Shown here piece by piece: positions 28,615 to 37,947 of a stretch of DNA of 64,000 nucleotides. Under the pieces are notes generated by a model. The model was not told where the DNA came from. It ran no database searches and saw only the letters and a program-made list of their open reading frames with translations. A program made the position numbers and the translations under genes. Source of the DNA: Terrimicrobiaceae bacterium (GTDB lineage Bacteria; Verrucomicrobiota; Verrucomicrobiia; Chthoniobacterales; Terrimicrobiaceae). Numbering within the stretch: the first letter of the stretch is position 1; each line of letters begins with the position of its first letter. The DNA lies in NCBI GenBank assembly GCA_041752695.1, contig JBGSVZ010000009.1, forward strand, positions 64,001 to 128,000. Reading direction: 5' to 3'.

Positions 28615-30270
28615 TCAGGGTTTCGGCTCGGCGATCTTCGGCGCGAAAAACGTTGCGCCATTCTGGGTGTGGGTCCCGCCCAGGACATTGCCCTTGTCGT
28701 CGCGCTGGAATTCGATTGCCGCCTTCGCCACCTTCCAAACGAACCTGGTCGCAGACTCGGGAAAAATCGGAAACTTCGGCTGACCGCTGAGCTGGGCGTA
28801 GAGCTGGTTGCCGTCCTTCGTCACGGTCAGCACCGCGAGGGGACCATACTGATATTTCCCGGGGAGTCCGTCCAGGGACACGTTGGAGAGCGGGGCTTTG
28901 TCGTCCAACCGCGCCGCGCGAAAGGTGGCGTCGTTTTGAGTGTGACGCACGGCGACCACCTTGCCATCTGGATCGCTGACAAAATTCATCCGGGCATCCA
29001 CCACTTTGAAAAAGAACGCGTCCGGTCCCGATGGGAAAATTTCATACCGCTGCTGGCCGGTGAGCTGCGCAAAAATGCGCCCGTTTTCCACCGTCACCTC
29101 CATGATGCCGCTGCGATAGTCGTAGCGGCCGGCGAACGGGCCGAACGTGGCAGGATCAACCGTCGGGTCCATCGTCGGTGCGGTTTGTGAAATCTCATCC
29201 CTCAGGACAGCGTGGGCGACTTGGGAAAGGAGATAAGCCGGAACGACCTGAGGCGGCGGAGGCATGGCATTGCCCAGCACCGCGATGGCGAGCTTTTGGT
29301 CGGGAAACCAGGCAAGCCGACTGAGGAACCCATCGAGCCCGCCATTGTGCTCGATCACCGGCAACCCGCCAATCTCCGACCGATAGAGGCCAAAGCCGTA
29401 GGCGCCAACTCCGTCTTCCGGGTCCGGGTCTTCCGGGAACGTGCACATGGCCTGCAGGCTGCCCGGTTGCAAAACCCGGCCACCATGAAGCGCCTCCGTC
29501 CAGAGGCAGAGATCGCCCACGGTGGAAAACAACGCACCCGCGCCGCCCGCCCAACTCATGTCCCAATCCGTCGCGGGCGTAAATTTCCCCGCGTCGTACG
29601 AATACCCTTTTGCCACTCCGGGCGGCGGATCGGAATTGCGAAACACCCCGGTGGATTTCAAACCGAGCGGACGGAAAAACTCGTCCCGCAAAAACTGGTC
29701 GAACGCCTGGCCGGACACCTGCGCGACGATCTCGGCGAGGAGAAAATAATTCGTGTTGGAGTAGGCAAACTTTTCCCCCGGCGCGAAATCCGGTGGGTCG
29801 TCGCGGAACCAGGCGATCAGTTCCGCCGGCGCAATGGGCCGCGTCACACGGCTCGGGAATTCCGGCTTGGACGTATAGTTGGCCAGCCCCGACCGATGAG
29901 TCAGCAAGTGGCGAAGGGTGACCTTTTCCCCGCGGGGAAACTCGGGAAAAAATTTTGTCAGCGGGTCATCCAACGAAAGTCTCCCCTGCTCCGCCAAACG
30001 AAGCACCGCCGCAGCGGTGAACTGCTTGGAGACGGACCCGATGCGGAACGGCGTGTCCATCGTGGCGGCGCGCCCCGTTTCCCGATCCGCCAGCCCGGAA
30101 GCCCGTTGGTAAATCGTCGTTCCCTCCCGGTTCGACTGAATGACCACCGCCTCCCCGTCCGCAGGCAGTAAGGGGTTGAGCATTTCCTCCAGCTTCGCCC
30201 CATCGCCCGCCGTCCAAGACGGTCCGGCCAAAAGGACAAAGAAGGTGGCGGCGAGAAGCCAGCGGCGCAT
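28615..30270 (-). CDS. serine hydrolase (beta-lactamase class C-like) with two C-terminal repeat domains
   Basis: SVSK, LLTHRSG, YSN, HNGG motifs; two related ~85-aa C-terminal units (AQLTGQ..FP / AQLSGQ..FP). Confidence 0.85.
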   Translation of the reverse strand: MRRWLLAATFFVLLAGPSWTAGDGAKLEEMLNPLLPADGEAVVIQSNREGTTIYQRASGLADRETGRAATMDTPFRIGSVSKQFTAAAVLRLAEQGRLSLDDPLTKFFPEFPRGEKVTLRHLLTHRSGLANYTSKPEFPSRVTRPIAPAELIAWFRDDPPDFAPGEKFAYSNTNYFLLAEIVAQVSGQAFDQFLRDEFFRPLGLKSTGVFRNSDPPPGVAKGYSYDAGKFTPATDWDMSWAGGAGALFSTVGDLCLWTEALHGGRVLQPGSLQAMCTFPEDPDPEDGVGAYGFGLYRSEIGGLPVIEHNGGLDGFLSRLAWFPDQKLAIAVLGNAMPPPPQVVPAYLLSQVAHAVLRDEISQTAPTMDPTVDPATFGPFAGRYDYRSGIMEVTVENGRIFAQLTGQQRYEIFPSGPDAFFFKVVDARMNFVSDPDGKVVAVRHTQNDATFRAARLDDKAPLSNVSLDGLPGKYQYGPLAVLTVTKDGNQLYAQLSGQPKFPIFPESATRFVWKVAKAAIEFQRDDKGNVLGGTHTQNGATFFAPKIAEPKP

Positions 30271-30278
30271 GACAGGGC

Positions 30279-31364
30279 TCAGTTGAGGAGCTGGTACCAG
30301 GTGCTGCGCTGATGAGGTTCGTAGCCCGCTTCGCGAATGAGGCGCTCGATGTCCCCCTTGTTCAGGCGGAAGGTCGTTCCGGCACTGGAGACGACATTTT
30401 CCTCCATCATCACGCTGCCAAAATCGTTGGCGCCGTATTTCAAAGCGATCTGCCCGATCTTCGGCCCCTGCGTCACCCAGGAACTCTGCACATTTTCAAA
30501 ATTATCCAGGTAGATCCGCGAGAGGGCCTGCATGCGCAGATATTCGGCCGAGGTGACTGTCTCGGCTCTCAGGCGCGTGTTTTCCGGCTGGAACGTCCAG
30601 CAGATGAAAGCCGTAAACCCGCCGGTTTCATCCTGGGTCTCCCGGAGGCGTTCCAGATGTTCGATCCGGTCATCCAGCGTTTCGACATGCCCGAACATCA
30701 TCGTCGCGCTGGACCGCATCCCGAGCTCGTGCGCAATGCGCATCACTTCCAGCCAGTGGTCGCTGTCGCATTTCAGCGGCGCGATGCGGTTGCGCACGGC
30801 ATCCACCAAAATCTCGCCGCCTCCGCCCGGGATCGAACCCAGCCCGGCTTCCTGAAAGCGCGAGATCACTTCCCGCAGCGGCATGCCGAAGACCTGGGAA
30901 AAATGATTAAACTCCGGCGGACTGAACCCGTGAATATTGATGGCCGGATACTTCGCACGGATGTGCGAGAGCATGTTCAGATAAAAATCGATGCCGAGCT
31001 TGGGATGATGCCCTCCCTGGAGCAGCACCTGGACGCCGCCCTCTGCGGAAAGTTCATCGAGTTTTTCATCAATCTGCTCCAGCGAGAGCACGTAGTGGTC
31101 GTCGTCCTTTTCCGTCCGATAAAACGCGCAAAACTTGCAATAGACATTGCAGACGTTGGTGTAGTTGATGTTGCGGTCCACGATATAAGTGACCACGTCA
31201 TTACCCCGGCCACCGTAAGCGGCCTCCTTCGCCCGCATCCGTCGCTGGTCGGCCAGAGTTCCCAGTTCCTGCAAAGGCAGGCAATGCAGTTCCTTCGCGT
31301 CCTCGCGGGAAATCCGTTCTCCATCCAGCACCTTGCCCACCACGTCGTCCAATATCGCTGCCAT
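30279..31364 (-). CDS. mqnC: cyclic dehypoxanthinyl futalosine synthase (radical SAM)
   Basis: DRNINYTNVCNVYCKFCAF, SIPGGGGEIL, QSSWVTQG, GANDFGSVMMEENVVSSAG. Confidence 0.9.
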   Translation of the reverse strand: MAAILDDVVGKVLDGERISREDAKELHCLPLQELGTLADQRRMRAKEAAYGGRGNDVVTYIVDRNINYTNVCNVYCKFCAFYRTEKDDDHYVLSLEQIDEKLDELSAEGGVQVLLQGGHHPKLGIDFYLNMLSHIRAKYPAINIHGFSPPEFNHFSQVFGMPLREVISRFQEAGLGSIPGGGGEILVDAVRNRIAPLKCDSDHWLEVMRIAHELGMRSSATMMFGHVETLDDRIEHLERLRETQDETGGFTAFICWTFQPENTRLRAETVTSAEYLRMQALSRIYLDNFENVQSSWVTQGPKIGQIALKYGANDFGSVMMEENVVSSAGTTFRLNKGDIERLIREAGYEPHQRSTWYQLLN

Positions 31365-31459
31365 ACGGAAGAGACTATGACACTCCCCGGGCGGGGGGTC
31401 AACGTGTCCGCAGTTTTACGTCAGGCGAGGGCGGCGGCAATCCCGCTGGCGGGCGGGTT

Positions 31460-32152
31460 TTACGCCGCGGCTACGCCAAAAAGATATCCCACCAGGGCCG
31501 TGAGACCCATGGCGATCACGCCCCAGAGAATAACCCGGAAGGCCGCTTTTGCCACCGGGGCACCGCCGGCCCGGGCGGCCAGCGCACCCAAAGCGCCCAG
31601 GAAAAAAAGCGCCGAAATCGAAACCGCCCAAAGCAAAAGCGGCCGGGGACTCACCGCGACGACGACCAGCGGCAAGGCGGCTCCGACGGCGAAAGTTCCC
31701 GCGGACGCAAACGCCGCCTGCACGGGGCGCGCCGCCAGCGTTTCCGAGACCCCCAACTCATCCCGCGCATGGGCCCCGAGGGCATCGTGCTTCATCAGTT
31801 GAATCGCAACCTCCCGAGCCAGGGGCTCGCCCAGGCCGCGTTGAACATAGATTTGCGTCAGCTCATCCAACTCGCCTTCCGCATCCTGATCCAATTCCGC
31901 CTTTTCCAAAAGCAGGTCGGCCTTCTCGGTGTCCGACTGGGAGCTTACGGACACGTATTCCCCCGCGGCCATGGACATAGCCCCCGCCGCCAGACCCGCG
32001 ACTCCCGCGACCAAGATGCCCGCCTGGGGCGACCCGGCGGCCGCCACCCCCACCACCAGGCTGGCGGTGGAGACGATGCCGTCGTTCGCCCCGAGGACGG
32101 CGGCGCGAAGCCAGCCAATGCGATGGGTGCGATGAGTTTCGGGCCGATGCAT
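31460..32152 (-). CDS. VIT1/CCC1 family Fe/Mn transporter
   Basis: WLRAAVLGANDGIVS, SMAAGEYVSV, HARDELG. Confidence 0.92.
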   Translation of the reverse strand: MHRPETHRTHRIGWLRAAVLGANDGIVSTASLVVGVAAAGSPQAGILVAGVAGLAAGAMSMAAGEYVSVSSQSDTEKADLLLEKAELDQDAEGELDELTQIYVQRGLGEPLAREVAIQLMKHDALGAHARDELGVSETLAARPVQAAFASAGTFAVGAALPLVVVAVSPRPLLLWAVSISALFFLGALGALAARAGGAPVAKAAFRVILWGVIAMGLTALVGYLFGVAAA

Positions 32153-32219
32153 AACGTTTTCCCAGTCATCCTGAACGCGCACCGCGAAATTGCAAAACCG
32201 GTTTTCCGCGGGACCCCGT

Positions 32220-33905
32220 TTATTCGATGTCCCGCGTCACTTCGGCCAGAATCTCCGTTTCGCGCCGCTCCAGCAACCGGGCGAGAGGCGGCAGGGTGAG
32301 GACGTAAAGACCGGTGGCGACGGCCACGAGCAGACAGGAGCCGCCCAGATTTAACGGCCAGCCCGCCGGCCAGTCCAACCATCTGCCCGCGAGCTCCAGC
32401 AGGGTCGGGAGAAAAAGCACAGCCCCGGCGACCGGCGAAACCAACATGCCCATGAAAAGCAGAAACGTGACACGGGGCGGCACCTTGGTGGGTTTGAACG
32501 CGCCCGCCAGAACCTTGTAGGGAGCCACGATGGAAAGCCAGTTGCCCAGCACCGAGAACAAAAGATAACCGGCCAGCAGGGTCAGCACGGCACTCAAAAA
32601 CGCCGCCGGGGCGAGAATCCGGAGGAGCAGGCCTGCCAACAAAATCAGGCACCCCGTGCCCACAATGAGAGGAAACGCCGCCAGCGTCTTCCCCATGAGC
32701 AGGTGGGTCCGGGAGACGGGAGCGAGCAGATAGCTGCGAAATCCATCCCGATCAAAGCCAAACTGATTGAAGAGAAGCTGCGTCGCGCCAATGAGGGACA
32801 TCGTCCCGAGCAGCGTTCCCGCACTGGTTTGCACGAAGCCCTGCGATTTTTCTCCCGACCGGAAAAGAAGAAATCCAAAGACAAAGGTCATGACCACCTG
32901 GCCGAACAACGCCATTTTTACCTCCGGAGCCCGCAGGTGGGAACGCAAGGCCCCCAGCGCAACCGCCGCCACCCCGGAGGGAAGCCCGGGAATTTCCCAG
33001 GAAATTAGCCGGGAGGGGCGAACCCGCCGCACGGCCTTCGGCTGGCCGGGCCGGTTCGTGCCCTGCAGCGCCCGCAGGGTGCCGCGAAAACTGACCATCA
33101 GCACCAGCGCCCCCAAAATGCCAAAGCCGACGGTGGCTCCGAGCGCCGGCCCCAGTTCGCCCCGCATCAGCGACGACGCACTTGCACCCACCCAGAGGGG
33201 CGGTAAGACGCCATGGGCCGCTCCCCACCACTCCGGCGCCTCCCCATGGGAAAATCCCGGGCGTTCCCGCATGATATTAAAATAAAAATTCGGCAACTGG
33301 AAAAACAACACCGCAAGCAGGGACGTGGTCACGACGATGGCCCGCCGCCGCCGTTCGTTGCTCATCAACGAGACCAGCCACCCGCGAACCCAATACGTCA
33401 CGGCCGTGGTGAGGAAGAAAAAGCCCACCACCACTGGAATCAACAGGACCAACCGTGGCCCGCACGAAACCGCCAGCCCCAGGGTCAGAGTGACCAGTCC
33501 AGGCAATGCCAGCAAAATGCTCGGCGAAAGCCAGGACGAGGCGTAGTTGAAGGCAAAAACCCTCCCCAAAGAAACCGGCAGATGCAAAAGCTTGGAGATA
33601 TCCAGGCTTTCCGACCGTTGCAGTTCGGTCAGCAGTCCCACCACCCAAAAGAAAAGAAAAAAGAGAACCAGTCCGTCGACCACCAGGAGCAACGCCCAAC
33701 CCGGTGCCTCCACCAGAGCGAGCCCGGCGAAAAACCCACCGACCGCGGAAAGCAAAACCACCCCCACCCCGACGCCGCAAAGAATCGTGAAGGACACCCG
33801 GTCGAAGAGTCCCCGCCTCCGCCATTGATTGCGCGACAGCTTCCACCGCAGCCAGAGGATCGAGCGCCATTGCTCCCAGAAATCCGGCGGCAAAAAATCC
33901 CTCAT
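32220..33905 (-). CDS. ABC exporter permease
   Basis: About 12-14 TM helices; LLHLPVS and NQFGFD..G..YLLAPV motifs; immediately downstream of the ABC ATPase. Confidence 0.75.
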   Translation of the reverse strand: MRDFLPPDFWEQWRSILWLRWKLSRNQWRRRGLFDRVSFTILCGVGVGVVLLSAVGGFFAGLALVEAPGWALLLVVDGLVLFFLFFWVVGLLTELQRSESLDISKLLHLPVSLGRVFAFNYASSWLSPSILLALPGLVTLTLGLAVSCGPRLVLLIPVVVGFFFLTTAVTYWVRGWLVSLMSNERRRRAIVVTTSLLAVLFFQLPNFYFNIMRERPGFSHGEAPEWWGAAHGVLPPLWVGASASSLMRGELGPALGATVGFGILGALVLMVSFRGTLRALQGTNRPGQPKAVRRVRPSRLISWEIPGLPSGVAAVALGALRSHLRAPEVKMALFGQVVMTFVFGFLLFRSGEKSQGFVQTSAGTLLGTMSLIGATQLLFNQFGFDRDGFRSYLLAPVSRTHLLMGKTLAAFPLIVGTGCLILLAGLLLRILAPAAFLSAVLTLLAGYLLFSVLGNWLSIVAPYKVLAGAFKPTKVPPRVTFLLFMGMLVSPVAGAVLFLPTLLELAGRWLDWPAGWPLNLGGSCLLVAVATGLYVLTLPPLARLLERRETEILAEVTRDIE

Positions 33906-33906
33906 C

Positions 33907-34686
33907 TCAGGAATTCTCCCCGCCGGCCTGATCCAGCCAGGCCAATCGGTGCCGGGTGACTTCGTCACCTCCCACCGCGGAAAGAAATTTTTCCTCCAGC
34001 GTTCCCCCGGCGCGCACGTCCGCCATGGTCGCCTGATAAACCAAGGTCCCCCGGGCAATGATCCCGACATGGGTGCAGAGCTTTTCCACGATTTCCAGCA
34101 CATGCGAGGTGAGAAAAACCGTCGCACCTCCCTGCACGTAACCCTGCAAGGTATCGCGCAGCACGCGGGCCGACACCGCATCAACCCCCTCGAAGGGTTC
34201 ATCCAAAAAGAGCAGCTCCGGCCGCGCGATCAAAGCCGCGGCCAACGCCAGCTTCTTTTTCATGCCGTGGGAGAATTCCATGGTCAACTTTCCGTCGGTA
34301 TCCTCCAGGTCCATGATGGAAAGGAGTTCCTCCCTCCGCTCTTCCAGGGTCGCCGCGGGCAGCCCGTGCATGCGGCCGATGAAGGTCAGAAATTCCCGGG
34401 CCGTCAGATTGTCGAAAAGTCCGAGATTTTCCGGCACCACTCCCATCCGCCGTTTCACGTCCAGCGCCTGGGTCGCGTCCGAAATATCTCCGCCGAGCAC
34501 CCGGATCTGGCCCGACGTCGGAGCGAGTAGCCCCGTAAGCATCTTGATCGTGGTGGATTTTCCCGCCCCATTGGGCCCGAGAAACCCATAAAACATCCCC
34601 CGCTCCACCGTGAGATCCAGGCCCTCCACCGCCCGAAAGTTCCCAAAATCGCGCGTAAGCTGAAGAGTCGAGATGGCAGCAGTCAT
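33907..34686 (-). CDS. ABC transporter ATP-binding protein
   Basis: GPNGAGKS, FSHGMKKK, LFLDEP, TSH. Confidence 0.93.
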   Translation of the reverse strand: MTAAISTLQLTRDFGNFRAVEGLDLTVERGMFYGFLGPNGAGKSTTIKMLTGLLAPTSGQIRVLGGDISDATQALDVKRRMGVVPENLGLFDNLTAREFLTFIGRMHGLPAATLEERREELLSIMDLEDTDGKLTMEFSHGMKKKLALAAALIARPELLFLDEPFEGVDAVSARVLRDTLQGYVQGGATVFLTSHVLEIVEKLCTHVGIIARGTLVYQATMADVRAGGTLEEKFLSAVGGDEVTRHRLAWLDQAGGENS

Positions 34687-34841
34687 GAAACCCAGTAGGA
34701 ACGTTGTAACGCGACGCCGACAGGAAGGAAAGGGCGGCGTCAAATCCGCGCGATGGGCCGGCGGCCGACCACTCCTCCCTTCCAAACAAAAACCCTCTTC
34801 TTTCCCTTGCACGCTGCCTCCGCCGGGGCGATCTCCCTGCG

Positions 34842-35528
34842 ATGCGCTTCGTCTGGTTTTCCCTGCTGCTGGCGGGGATTTTTTCGGCCACGGTTTGTCC
34901 GGCCCAGACGGTGTCCCGGGCCGAGGTGCTGGCGATTGCCGAGTCCTTCGTCCGCCACTCCTGGCACGGGTCGCCCGCGAACGTCCGACACGGCAGGGAC
35001 ACTTCCGGCGTGGAAATCCATACGCCCGATCGCGCGGGCGGACGCGCCCAACCCGACCACGACGCCTGGGTGGTCGGGGCGAAAAATACCGGCGTGCCGT
35101 ACAAATGGGGCGGCTTCGACACTCCGGCGCGATTCGACGCCGGACTGAAAAACGGAAAGGCGGCGGGCGACCTTTACACCCCGGAAAAACGCCGCCTCGG
35201 CGGTGCCGCAGTGAGCGGCGACGCCGTCGGCATCGACTGCTCGGGGTTTGTCTCGCGGTGCTGGAAACTTGGGAAAAAACATTCCACGGCGATGCTCGCG
35301 GGCATTAGCCGCAAACTCTCTTCGCCCTCCGAGTTAAAGCCCGGTGATGTGATGAACACGGCCAACGGCCACGTCCTCCTCTTTGTGAAATGGCTCGACG
35401 CCGAGAAAACCCGCGGGCTGTTTTATGAAGCCGTCCCTTTCAGCAAGACGCTCGCTTCCGAGCATAACGTCGCCGCGATGACTGCGGGAGGCTTCGAACC
35501 CCTGCGCTATCGCGGTATGCGGGAGTAA
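34842..35528 (+). CDS. secreted NlpC/P60-like cysteine peptidase
   Basis: Signal peptide; VPYKWGG, GIDCSGFV, LKPGD..N...GHV. Confidence 0.75.
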   Translation: MRFVWFSLLLAGIFSATVCPAQTVSRAEVLAIAESFVRHSWHGSPANVRHGRDTSGVEIHTPDRAGGRAQPDHDAWVVGAKNTGVPYKWGGFDTPARFDAGLKNGKAAGDLYTPEKRRLGGAAVSGDAVGIDCSGFVSRCWKLGKKHSTAMLAGISRKLSSPSELKPGDVMNTANGHVLLFVKWLDAEKTRGLFYEAVPFSKTLASEHNVAAMTAGGFEPLRYRGMRE

Positions 35529-35542
35529 GATACGCCCTGCCC

Positions 35543-35938
35543 TCAGCGCCGCCAATTTGATAGGACGAGGCCGGTGACGCCCCCAAAATGACGGTCACGG
35601 CTCAGAAGCGTGAAATTGTTTCGGATCGCGATCGCCGCAATCCAGTGGTCATTCGTAGGAATCGGGGTTCCCGCCGCCCGCAATTCCTTTCCGATCCTCG
35701 CGTAAACCTCGCAAACCTCATAGTCGACGCCAACAAGACCCACCACGCTTTGCCGAAGGAAATCTTGCAGCAAAATCAGGTTCTTCTCCAGCTGCGTGCC
35801 GAGCTGAAACCCGAACAGCAGCTCTCCAATCACCGGCATGGGGAGATAGACATGCTCCGCCAGAGATACGATCCGGCGGGCATCGGGCTCGCCCGCCAGC
35901 AGCGCACTGTAGGCATTCGTGTCGAGCAGGAGTTTCAT
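35543..35938 (-). CDS. vapC: type II TA toxin, PIN domain (VapC family)
   Basis: MKLLLDTNAY, GTPIPTNDHWIAA, SRDRHF. Confidence 0.9.
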   Translation of the reverse strand: MKLLLDTNAYSALLAGEPDARRIVSLAEHVYLPMPVIGELLFGFQLGTQLEKNLILLQDFLRQSVVGLVGVDYEVCEVYARIGKELRAAGTPIPTNDHWIAAIAIRNNFTLLSRDRHFGGVTGLVLSNWRR

Positions 35939-36198
35939 TTCCAGTGCTCGTCATCCACCCGGCCAAAGGCCTCATCCACCACGGCATCAAACTCCCTCGC
36001 CTCCGCGTCCGCCCACTTTCCCCAGAATCCATCCAGCCGTCCGCCGATTGGGAGGGGCCCCGCTTCCATCGTCAAACCCAACCCCCGCCTCATCAAATAG
36101 ATGGCCACTTGATTCGTTGACCACTGCCGCTCACGGCTCATCTCGTCAATGGCCCTTTCCAAATCGGGATCCACACTGCGAATCGTCATTTGTTTCAT
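35935..36198 (-). CDS. antitoxin (RHH-like N-terminus)
   Basis: MKQMTIRSVD... short ORF with ATGA overlap onto vapC; acidic C-terminus GKWADAEAREFD...VDDEHWK. Confidence 0.75.
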   Translation of the reverse strand: MKQMTIRSVDPDLERAIDEMSRERQWSTNQVAIYLMRRGLGLTMEAGPLPIGGRLDGFWGKWADAEAREFDAVVDEAFGRVDDEHWK

Positions 36199-36339
36199 AA
36201 TGAAACTTTGCATGACTCATCAATGAAAAACAAGAAAGGATATCCCTTGAAAGACTTGCCCGGTCACGGGTTCCGGCCCGGAGTTTCCCGCGGACCGCTG
36301 CCGGAGCGTTCGGCCAGGGGATTGCGGGCAGCGTTATCG

Positions 36340-37947
36340 CTACGAGCTTCCGGCAAATGCGCGGCGCAAAGCCCGTTCCAGCGTGCCAAACTCCACCGGT
36401 TTGGTCAGGTGGTCGATAAAGCCTGCGTCCCGGCTGCGCTGAACATCTTCCTCCATCCCGTAGCCGGTCAACGCGATACCCCGCAGCCCGTGGCGCTTCT
36501 GGAGGTGGGCCATGAGGTCGTACCCTTTCTCATCGGGCAGGCCAATATCGGAGACGACCAGGTCAAACCGTCCTTCCTCCGCCCGGGCGCGGGCTTCTTC
36601 GCCGGTGCAGGCAGTGACGACATCATACTTGAGGCCGAGAAGAAACGACATCGCCGCGAGGGTGTCCTCGTGGTCTTCCACCAAAAGCACGCGCCGACGA
36701 CGCGCGGGACGGTCAGAATCCTCCGACAGCTCGAGTTCCGCAACGCGGACGGAGGCCGGACGTGGGACGAGGGCCAAGCAGGGAAGTTCCATCGTGAAAG
36801 TCGCTCCCATGCCGGGCCCTGCGCTTTCCGCCCGAATGCTTCCCCCATGCAACTCCATCAGCATACGGGAAATGGAAAGCCCGAGGCCCAGCCCACCATA
36901 CCGCACGTTCTCTTTGGCCGTAGCGTGTCCGCCTTGGGAAAAGGCGTCAAAAATGTGTGCGATCTCCTCACCCATCAGGCCGATTCCGGAATCGATCACC
37001 TGCACGGCAATCCGATCGCCCGTCAGATTCCGCGTCTGCACTTCCACGCAGCCCCCAGCTGGGGAAAATTTCACCGCGTTTTTCAACACATTCCAAAAAA
37101 CCTGCTGGAGCCGCACCGGATCTCCCAGAACCTCCATCGCGCCCGCTTCGAAATTCCGCGCTAGTCGAATGTGTTTTTCCGTCACCTCTCCCTGCACGTT
37201 CGCAATGGCGTCCCGAAGAATAACATGAACGTCACAGGGAAGCCTTTCCAGCTGGAGTTTGCCACGGGCGATGCGGGTCAGGTCGAGCAGATCATCGATC
37301 AGGCAGGCCTCCAGGGTGACATTTTTTCGGATCACCGAAAAATCCGCCCTCACGCGTTCCGGCAGCGCCGGATTGGCCGCACCCGCGCCGGCCAGCAGGA
37401 GCACCGGATTGAGCGGCGTGCGGAGTTCGTGGCTGAGTGCGGCCAGGAAATCATCTTTCGCCCGGTTCGCCCGCTCCGCCTCGTCGCGAGCAGCACTGAG
37501 ATCCGCCAGCAGGTCCCTCACCTGATATTGCCGGACGCGTGCTTTGAGGGCCACCGCCGCGGCGCTCACCAGGGTCGACGGGCGAAACGGTCGTTCCAAG
37601 ACAGTCACATTCCCGCCCGGCCCCAGCAGGGCCAGTCGACGCATCCTTTCCCGGGATACCTCGCCGCCACTGGTGATGAGAATGACAGGGATGTCCGACC
37701 ATGACGGTTGACGCTCCAGGGTTTCGACCAAGAGGCGGACGGAATCCGCGCGCAGCGTTTCTTCAGCCACGATGAGGCAGCCGCAGGTTTCATCCACGCC
37801 CTCTCCGAGGTGAGCCACACTTCCGCAGGCTTCCGCTTCAAACCCCGCCCCACTGAGGAACTCCACCGTGAGCCGTGCGTCATTTGCGGTCGGCGCCAGC
37901 ACCAACACCCGGGCTCCGTCCGTCTCCGCCGCCTTCCCGGCTTGCAT
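36340..37947 (-). CDS. cytoplasmic hybrid sensor histidine kinase
   Basis: SHELRTPLN H-box, NAVKF, DSGIG, GLGLGL; C-terminal receiver (VEDH, SDIGLP, TKP); atypical receiver-like N-terminus; no TM. Confidence 0.9.
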   Translation of the reverse strand: MQAGKAAETDGARVLVLAPTANDARLTVEFLSGAGFEAEACGSVAHLGEGVDETCGCLIVAEETLRADSVRLLVETLERQPSWSDIPVILITSGGEVSRERMRRLALLGPGGNVTVLERPFRPSTLVSAAAVALKARVRQYQVRDLLADLSAARDEAERANRAKDDFLAALSHELRTPLNPVLLLAGAGAANPALPERVRADFSVIRKNVTLEACLIDDLLDLTRIARGKLQLERLPCDVHVILRDAIANVQGEVTEKHIRLARNFEAGAMEVLGDPVRLQQVFWNVLKNAVKFSPAGGCVEVQTRNLTGDRIAVQVIDSGIGLMGEEIAHIFDAFSQGGHATAKENVRYGGLGLGLSISRMLMELHGGSIRAESAGPGMGATFTMELPCLALVPRPASVRVAELELSEDSDRPARRRRVLLVEDHEDTLAAMSFLLGLKYDVVTACTGEEARARAEEGRFDLVVSDIGLPDEKGYDLMAHLQKRHGLRGIALTGYGMEEDVQRSRDAGFIDHLTKPVEFGTLERALRRAFAGSS